Assembly: GCA_963713605.1 (NCBI GenBank)
Contig: CAVQMO010000001.1
Coordinates: forward strand, 672,001 to 736,000
Direction: 5' to 3'
Source: an uncultured Nitrososphaerales archaeon
Lineage (GTDB): Archaea; Thermoproteota; Nitrososphaeria; Nitrososphaerales; Nitrososphaeraceae
DNA length: 64,000 nt
Shown here: positions 56,816 to 64,000 of the stretch, piece by piece
Layout of the letters: every line of letters begins with the position of its first letter
Numbering within the stretch: the stretch's first letter is position 1
Notes under the pieces: generated by a model
Told to the model about the DNA's origin: nothing
The model's database searches: none
Seen by the model: the letters and a program-made list of their open reading frames with translations, nothing else
Program-made: the position numbers and the translations under genes

Positions 56816-57154
56816 TACTCTCTTCATTTTTGAGCCGCATTTAGGGCATGCGATTTCTCTGTGCTCATTACCACAACTCATACAATAGTATTTTATGAGA
56901 TTATATCCTTGCATGGAAGGGCCTAAATCTGACGACCGCAGAGAACCGAACAGTCCTCTCATACTAATCCCCTTCCTTTTCAACATTAAGCGTGTCCTCA
57001 AGAAGTTAAGTAGCATAAATCCTCCGATTGCTCCGATCAGAGATGCAGGGAATGGCAATAATAAAGCTGCAATGAATCCTATAGCTATGTATATGCTCAT
57101 CCACTTTAGAGTATATAATAAAAAATGCCTATTATTGTTAGAAATTTCACTCAT
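56810..57154 (-). CDS. 2-TM protein with C-terminal zinc ribbon
   Basis: YYCMSCGNEHREIACPKCGSKMKRVG. Confidence 0.8.
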   Translation of the reverse strand: MSEISNNNRHFLLYTLKWMSIYIAIGFIAALLLPFPASLIGAIGGFMLLNFLRTRLMLKRKGISMRGLFGSLRSSDLGPSMQGYNLIKYYCMSCGNEHREIACPKCGSKMKRVG

Positions 57155-57464
57155 TATGCGTCACCTTTTATTCTTCACTTATACTATACAATAAACACTA
57201 TTAAATCAAATGTAACATATCCGAGGTCCGGTCAATGTATGATCAGGATGTCTTACTTTTGTCAGTTGTGCTGTAAAAGAAGCGCTTGCTTTATGGGTGT
57301 GTTTGAATCATTCTTTCCTTGTTGTATTAAAATGGGTGTGTCAGAAGGAACTATACTTATGATATCTAAAGTAGGTATCAAAGAGGACTGTGACTCAGGG
57401 GCATAAGGATTCAATACCCCGCCGGTGGGTCACTAATTGAGTACCCATTATAGCCCAACTACAT

Positions 57465-57839
57465 AGCTCACCTTCATTTGAAAGGGAATATAATCTCAAA
57501 TACCTGGGTAAGGTAGGTAATGTCTTCCACACTCTTGAAGCCGCTATAGCAACCCAACAGCAAGGCCAAGAATGCTAGGCTGGTCCGAGAGCACAATGAT
57601 CGGACGAAGTATGGGTTTTGATGTGGCCTGGGGAGATACATCCAAGTTTGCGATTGTCATCACTCAATACAGATACAACAAGGTTGATACATCCATCGTT
57701 GCAGAAGTTGATAGTATCACTAAGAACGGCAGTCGTGATAGATGACTGGAAGCTTGACAAACAACAGACTTCTCATGATGATATACTTGATTCGTTTAGG
57801 CTTGCTTGTCTGAACTATGATATTCCTAGAACTATTTGA
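57465..57839 (+). pseudogene. Terminase large subunit relic with internal deletion
   Basis: SPSFEREYNLKYLGKVGNVFHTL...GRSMGFDVAWGDTSKFAIVITQY joined to IHPSLQKLIVSLRTAVVIDDWKLDKQQTSHDDILDSFRLACLNY. Confidence 0.8.
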
Positions 57840-57901
57840 TTAGACTATCAAAGTACTGTAACGTTATATTGGCACGATACCGATCATGCTATATGCTTAC
57901 T

Positions 57902-58360
57902 TTAGATATCGATCACGTTTATGGTTCCGTTGGAAGCAAGATTAGCGACAGACTCAAATGTTTGACCGTTATCAGTGCTAATTCTAGCGACAGGTTCATC
58001 GCTTGTTGCGTTTATCTGCCGCCAAATTACAACTACGTTCTCAGCACCTGCAGCAATTTGGATATCTTGTAATTTTGCATCCGTTGCGTTATTTAGGTTC
58101 ATTATGTCATTAAAAGTCGCACCTGCATCATTGGATGATCTAAACATTACTTGATCGTTACCTGTCCTGTTAGTAATCCATGCAATATAGATATTATCTC
58201 CAGATACAGCTAATGTGACTCTGCTCTCTGGTCCTTGCACCGCAACAGTACCATAGGTTGGTTGAGGGATTAGTTGAGCCAATAAGAGTGCTATTGTAGA
58301 TGTTGTTGTTCCAACAGCAACTATTATGATTACACATGTAATTTGCTGTTTGTTCATCAT
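57902..58360 (-). CDS. Secreted BNR/Asp-box (sialidase-like) repeat protein
   Basis: Asp-box motifs RSSNDAGATF and RISTDNGQTF. A related fragment lies at about 42170-42370. Confidence 0.7.
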   Translation of the reverse strand: MMNKQQITCVIIIVAVGTTTSTIALLLAQLIPQPTYGTVAVQGPESRVTLAVSGDNIYIAWITNRTGNDQVMFRSSNDAGATFNDIMNLNNATDAKLQDIQIAAGAENVVVIWRQINATSDEPVARISTDNGQTFESVANLASNGTINVIDI

Positions 58361-59071
58361 GAAATTATAAGGTTAGATGATGGTATAAGAGTTATGGCCG
58401 TAGCAGGTCGGTATCGTAAACAATAATTCGGAGCACAGATATGCGAACCGCATTTCACTACTTTTCTTGGGATCTTAAACTGTGGCTGTCTCGGATTATA
58501 ACTGTATTCGGGAGAAGTTACTCGGATTAATAGAAGTTGTGCAGCAAGTTTTGACCTTATTAGCAGACTCATCTATTTCCCGAGAGATGCTATTCTCGCA
58601 TTGAGGATGTCTTTGCAGTTCTGGCATTGACCATCCTCGCTGGTTCTCATGAGAACAAGCGAAGCCATCTACGGTGAGACGAGTGATGACCTGAGACTGA
58701 CGGAAACTATGATTGTTGATTTTGACTTTTGTAGCCCACTCCATCCTATGCTACTGTATCATGACAAAAATTCAAATAAACTAAAAGAGAGAATAACGCG
58801 ACCAGCAGCCCTTTCTATCTAACGCTCAGACCTTCTTATCTCATCTGCCAGGCAAATTTCTTCCTCCAATGCTCCGAATACTAGTGTATCGACGTTCTGG
58901 GTTCATGACCGCCATGGGAAAAGGGGTTAGGAGAGATACAAAGTTCTACTATATTCCAATATAACAATCTTTAATAAGAAGGTTGTTGTATACAAGATGA
59001 ATGATAAGAGATTTGAACCGCTCGATGAGTTACTCGAGTCACTCGAGGAGTAACTTTCAAGGTGAGAGATT

Positions 59072-60013
59072 TTGTTGAGGAAGAAACACCTTTGTCAATT
59101 CTGTGAAAAGATTTTTTCCAGACTCTGGAATCGAGATAGACACATGATGGATGTACATCCAATGTATCCTTTATCTCACCTTTTTTTTCACCGGGAAACG
59201 AATCATGTAAATGTGGAGAAGAGATCTCGTCAGTTCAATCGTAATACTCTTGATTTTCAGCCAGCTGGTCCTCCAGTTCAACATAAGGATTTCCTTGATT
59301 CGTCATTAGAGATTCTCCGTAAGTTAGCAGAGTTAAGGAGGTTGAAAGAGGATCTTTCTGTGATTCCGCTACGCCAACCATATTTTCAAGTCAATCAATA
59401 CCCTTCGCAATCTAATAACTCTCATGCACCTCCACCAGCGCTCCAGATGCAAGATTTGGAGATAATCGGATATAACGGAATAGTATGCCAAAGCTGCCTA
59501 GTTGCACATCCCCTAGCGATATATCAGGTCAAAGATAGGCCCGGAGTTAAACCCATTACGACCAGACACACCTGTAATGCGGAAAGATTGTCAGAAATAC
59601 AACAACAGCAAAACCTAAACAGGCAAGACATTCTTTCCGATCTGTATCTACACCAATTGCCAAGAGTGATACTAGAGTCTGCTAAAAAATGGACCAAGGA
59701 CGATTGCACCTTAACGGCAATCGAAGTTGCAGCTCCCCTTGAGGGTTGCCCATTAATCGACCTTTTAGACCAAAAAGAATGGGCTGTCCTTGCTGTCAGA
59801 AATGGATTCGTAATTTTAACCAACGAACAGCTGGAGGATTTTATCCATACTGTGAAGTTGGCCACTTGTGCATGTTTTAAGATTGCAGAAAAAAAAGGAA
59901 ACGAGAATAGTTGCAGAATATTTTTTATGAGTTTGAGGAGGAGTCATTCAACTCTTGTTACCAATACTGGTAGTGTTTCTTCACATTTCAAGTCCTGGGC
60001 AAAAGAGAAATGA
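59072..60013 (+). CDS. Hypothetical protein with N-terminal C2H2 finger and a second CxxC...HxC site
   Basis: CQFCEKIFSRLWNRDRHMMDVH and CQSC...HTC. Confidence 0.7.
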   Translation: MLRKKHLCQFCEKIFSRLWNRDRHMMDVHPMYPLSHLFFHRETNHVNVEKRSRQFNRNTLDFQPAGPPVQHKDFLDSSLEILRKLAELRRLKEDLSVIPLRQPYFQVNQYPSQSNNSHAPPPALQMQDLEIIGYNGIVCQSCLVAHPLAIYQVKDRPGVKPITTRHTCNAERLSEIQQQQNLNRQDILSDLYLHQLPRVILESAKKWTKDDCTLTAIEVAAPLEGCPLIDLLDQKEWAVLAVRNGFVILTNEQLEDFIHTVKLATCACFKIAEKKGNENSCRIFFMSLRRSHSTLVTNTGSVSSHFKSWAKEK

Positions 60014-60739
60014 TGTACCGCTATGCTCCTGTGTACCAATTATATATCAGTACATTAGAGGATTGAAACAATAGATCATTATGATGTCAAATCAAGAAGC
60101 GTCAGACAAATAGACGTTAAAAGTTATTTCTGACAAAAAGCTGTTATCTGAAATTGGTAGAGTTAAAAGAAATGAATCTTGAGATAAGGCCGTTTTCTTA
60201 GTATCGTACATCATCCTGAGTCGAAATTCTCTTTCGCAGATTGTTTAGTCCAACTAGGCCAGAAATTTGCTTTTCGTGCGTTCGGTTCACTTCTCGAACT
60301 ACATTCAAACGTATTCTAGATATTAATCATAGTCCCTATTTTTTGAAATTGACAATTAAAACGTTACATTCGGTCTATTGCATCTAGAATATGAATACCC
60401 GAAGTGCCAGTATGCTACTGCTTCTTTTCCGTGCAGTCTGTCAAAGAGCTGACTCAACAGATCCGCTCATTCAGTTGCCATTTCTTCTTGCTCAGCCATT
60501 CTATTGTCATTCACAATTAGATTTAGATAGTTATGATTTATAATAGGTTCCTTAGTTCCATATCAGTGCCTAATTCTTAGTTTATTTATGCTGTTACCTT
60601 GTTCGCCAAATACACCCTTGTTATTGATTTGAGTTAATCTTTTAAGATCGGTTGGCACTAGGAAGTCATATTGGACGCCTTTATATTGTATGATATCTAT
60701 AATAATTTTGACTAATACGAAGAAAGGGTCCTGTAGCAA

Positions 60740-62171
60740 ATGAAGCAAGCTGAACCATATTCAATCTTTCAAAACTATGCCGTTGAATCAAGTAAAATGC
60801 ATCTAACAATCCTGATAACAGGATGTAGTGGATTCATTGGAAGTCATCTGGTTAAAAGATTTATGTCAATTAAGGGGGATCGTGAATATGAAATTAGATG
60901 TATAACACGTGATGTGAAGTCTGTTGAAGGCATATTTAAGAAAGGAGAAGCCATTAAGGATCTTAAATTTATTCAGGCAGATGCCTCCAAATATTCGGAT
61001 CTGGTTAGCGCAATGACTGGCGTCGACATCGCATTCTATTTAATTCATTCCATGGAAGGATCATCTAAAGACTGGAAAAAATTTGCGGACCGAGATCGAA
61101 TAGCTGCTTCAAATTTTGCCAAGGCAGCAACAGAATGTGGAGTAAAAAGAATAATATATTTGGGCGGTTTGGTTCACGAAAACGAACAGTCAAATAAGTT
61201 GTCCGAACATATGCGGAGTAGGCGGGAAGTCGGTCAAATCCTAAAAAAATCTACTGCAAAGGTTACAATATTTCGAGCTGCCAATCATACTCGGTCAAGG
61301 AGGAGCCTCTTTTCAAATGCTGCAATATCTCGTTGAGAGACTTCCAGCAATGGTATGTCCCAAGTGGGTTTTGACAAGATCGCAGCCCATTGCAATAGAT
61401 GATGTTATCACTTACCTAATTAAAGCAATTGATTCAAAAGAAACTGAAGATAAGTCTTTTGATTTGGGTGGACCAGACATTATGTCCTACGTTGACATGA
61501 TGAGACGTTACGGGAAAATGCTTGACAAGTCTATAAAGATCATAATTATTCCTTTCCTTACGCCACGACTATCATCTTACTGGATTGATCTGATCACCCC
61601 GGTCAAAGCATCTTTAGCCAGGCCATTAGTAGAAAGTCTCAAACACGAAGCAATCGTAAGAGACGATTCGGTTAAACATATTATTCCATTAAATTTAAGA
61701 AAATTCGAAGAAGCAATTGATGTAGCAAGGAATGAAGAGAAGAAAAAAAAGAATAGCGTTACTAAGAAAGAAGAGTATGTCACTCATACTACAAGCAACA
61801 AAATTCTGATTATTTCGTTAGTATTGTTGGGATTGGTCGGATCTACTTATTATGTGCTAGATGCACGACCCGAAATACTGAGCGTGAACTGGCTTATTTT
61901 AAGTGGTTTGTGGTATATTAGTATTGTATTCTCAGTATTTTTTGTCAGCAATGGAGCGAGATTGGGAGCCATAACTGCAGGAATTATTGGATGGATTACG
62001 CTAGCATTTTGGTTAGTTGACAATTTATACACGATATCAGGGGACTCTCTGCTTGCTAGTTCACCAGATATGACGATGACGATCAGGAATTTCATTGGTG
62101 CGATTATTGCAGGGTTGGTTGTTGTATCTTCGCACAACGTCTTCCACAAAATACGAGTATATGGATTATGA
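60740..62171 (+). pseudogene. NAD(P)-binding atypical SDR (YbjT-like) with C-terminal membrane domain; frameshift near 61283
   Basis: ILITGCSGFIG, FYLIHSM, IIYLGGL, SEHMRSR.EVG, then MVCPKWV..RSQPIAIDDV and 4 C-terminal TM helices. Confidence 0.85.
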
Positions 62172-62433
62172 TGAAAGAGTAATTAATTAAACTTGTAGGA
62201 TCGGTTATGAGAGCTTACATCTGGGCTCGGACTGGAGAAGAATTGAGACTGCTTACAATAAAGGTCGGAATGGTTTATGTAAAGTACAAAAGAGACGAAA
62301 CTACTTACTGTACCACTGTACACCAACTGGCGACTCTAAGGTCATTCAACGACAGGGTATCGTTTCGACAATAGGCTAATTTTCCATGATTGTTGGAGAA
62401 AGTATATTAACTTCCGATATTCTCTTTAGGATC

Positions 62434-62736
62434 ATGAGAGGAAGATGGGCTTCAGCAGCCATAGGAGCAGGAGTAGCCAGAAGGCGTGCTGGAGCGGAAA
62501 TGGACCAACAGGCACAGCAATACGAAGCTCAACAACAACAAGCTCAAAGACAAATAGAAGAACAGCAGAGGCAAATAGAAGCACTGAAACAACAAAAGCA
62601 AAATCCCCCACAACCGCAATCACAACAGGAAGACATTACCCAGAAGCTGCTCAAATTTGCCGAACTTAAAAAGCAAGGAATAATATCTGACGAGGAATTC
62701 CAGAAACTCAAGACGGACCTATTGTCGAGGATGTAA
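62434..62736 (+). CDS. Gln-rich SHOCT-domain protein
   Basis: LLKFAELKKQGIISDEEFQKLKTDLL. Start placed at MRGRW. Confidence 0.8.
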   Translation: MRGRWASAAIGAGVARRRAGAEMDQQAQQYEAQQQQAQRQIEEQQRQIEALKQQKQNPPQPQSQQEDITQKLLKFAELKKQGIISDEEFQKLKTDLLSRM

Positions 62737-63170
62737 GTCAAATATTGTGATCCATTAAGTTTAAGGATGAATCAATTATCGCCAAATTTTTTGGAGCTAG
62801 TTTGAAAATCGTTTGCCTAATTTCTATTGATGCCGATGCCTTTAGCTGTTTATAAGAGCAAATCTAATACCAATGTTATCATTGAAATAGATTTGCGTGG
62901 CAGTCTGTCAATTTTTCGATACACATCCTTAATCTTTCCTTGATAGATAATTTTCCTCCAATAATTTACAGGAAAAAGGTAGCATCCTCGACAAGAGTAA
63001 AGCTAAGAAGAGCATTTACCAATACAGATACATAGTGAGGCCGCCTAAAGAAATATGGACAATTCGTCTGATGACATTATAATCCGAGACGAATGTGTAA
63101 CTAATAATTGGTGCGCCGGTTCTAATATGTTAACCTCCTAATAAATAGAAATTTAGTAATCTTGAACAAG

Positions 63171-63563
63171 TCACTGGATCAATGGCGACATATCAGCTAC
63201 AGTCCATGCCTCCTTAATCTTGTCTCCTTCAAAATGCAGGATCTCGACTCCTCGAGTCTCAAACTTCTTATGAGTAGCTGCAAAATCGGCAAAGTCTTTA
63301 TCATGTGTAGCTTCTAAGCTCCACCTAATTGCAATCTTGTTTTGGTCTCCAAAAACATCTAATATTGTGATCTTCAGATCTGGAAATGCGGAGAGATCTT
63401 CAGACACCCACTTTTTGAATTCCTCTATTCCCCTAACTTCCTCGCCCATCCCATGGTAAACTATGTCTGGAGTAACGAAGTTCTTTGCTCCCTCAGTTTT
63501 CCGGGCATTAAATATTTCTTCAACGAAACTCCTAGCTATCGTACTGTATTGTGTGTTAGACAT
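63171..63563 (-). CDS. SnoaL-like ester cyclase / NTF2-fold protein
   Basis: AFPDLKIT, ATHKKFE, GDKIKEAW. Paralog of 34468-34890. Confidence 0.88.
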   Translation of the reverse strand: MSNTQYSTIARSFVEEIFNARKTEGAKNFVTPDIVYHGMGEEVRGIEEFKKWVSEDLSAFPDLKITILDVFGDQNKIAIRWSLEATHDKDFADFAATHKKFETRGVEILHFEGDKIKEAWTVADMSPLIQ

Positions 63564-64000
63564 ATAATATAAAGATCAGATGTGGCCATTAAGCTTTTCT
63601 ATATATGCATTGGGTTCGTTCAATATACGATTCAAAGGATGCAAAAAGAAAGTAATTTTCCATCTCCGGCAACATAGGTAGATTTGATATATGTGAACCT
63701 ATTGCCTGATATTTTAGCTTATATAGTTAACTTTGTAACCCTTAGTGTATACCGGGTTGCGCATCATAAAATTTTCCGCTGGATACTGTGTGCAGCGCCC
63801 TTTAATTTGGATAAATATTTCATTTTTAATGACTATTGGATTAGTACCTTTTTCAACTGCTTTACTTGCAGAATATAGAGCCCAACAAATTCCAATCTTT
63901 GTATATTCATTCAATTCGATCCTTGCAGGCGTGATAATACATGCACTGTACCATCATGCAAAAGGGGATCTAGAATTAGTTGATAAGACAGCACACGCTT

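Noticed and set aside
57390..57435. tRNA 3' half / att site next to a terminase relic
   Set aside because: Only a loose resemblance to a T-arm. No canonical GTTCRA loop or cloverleaf.

Overview
AT-rich accessory region, most likely from a soil ammonia-oxidising archaeon (Nitrososphaeraceae-like). This is inferred from an archaeal TFB and from CHRD, YVTN, SHOCT, patatin and zinc-ribbon genes typical of that lineage. I found no rRNA, convincing tRNA or CRISPR array. The window is a mosaic of intact cargo genes (patatin, MFS, CPA1 antiporter, aquaporin, isochorismatase, two SnoaL-like proteins, M23 peptidase, TFB) and many frameshifted or truncated genes. Three features stand out. (1) A minimal graspetide-like RiPP locus at 35296-36555: an MvdC/MvdD-type ATP-grasp ligase behind a short candidate precursor whose Ser/Thr/Asp-rich tail lies beyond an in-frame TAG. 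(2) At least six relics of a large-terminase gene, with four separate C-termini, plus scraps of an integrase, a DinG-like helicase and a DNA methyltransferase, and no recognisable capsid or portal gene. (3) A helically phased TAACA array upstream of an HTH gene, and a perfect 43-bp direct repeat 34.7 kb apart. All family calls come from motif recognition by eye. Some frameshifts may be sequencing errors.
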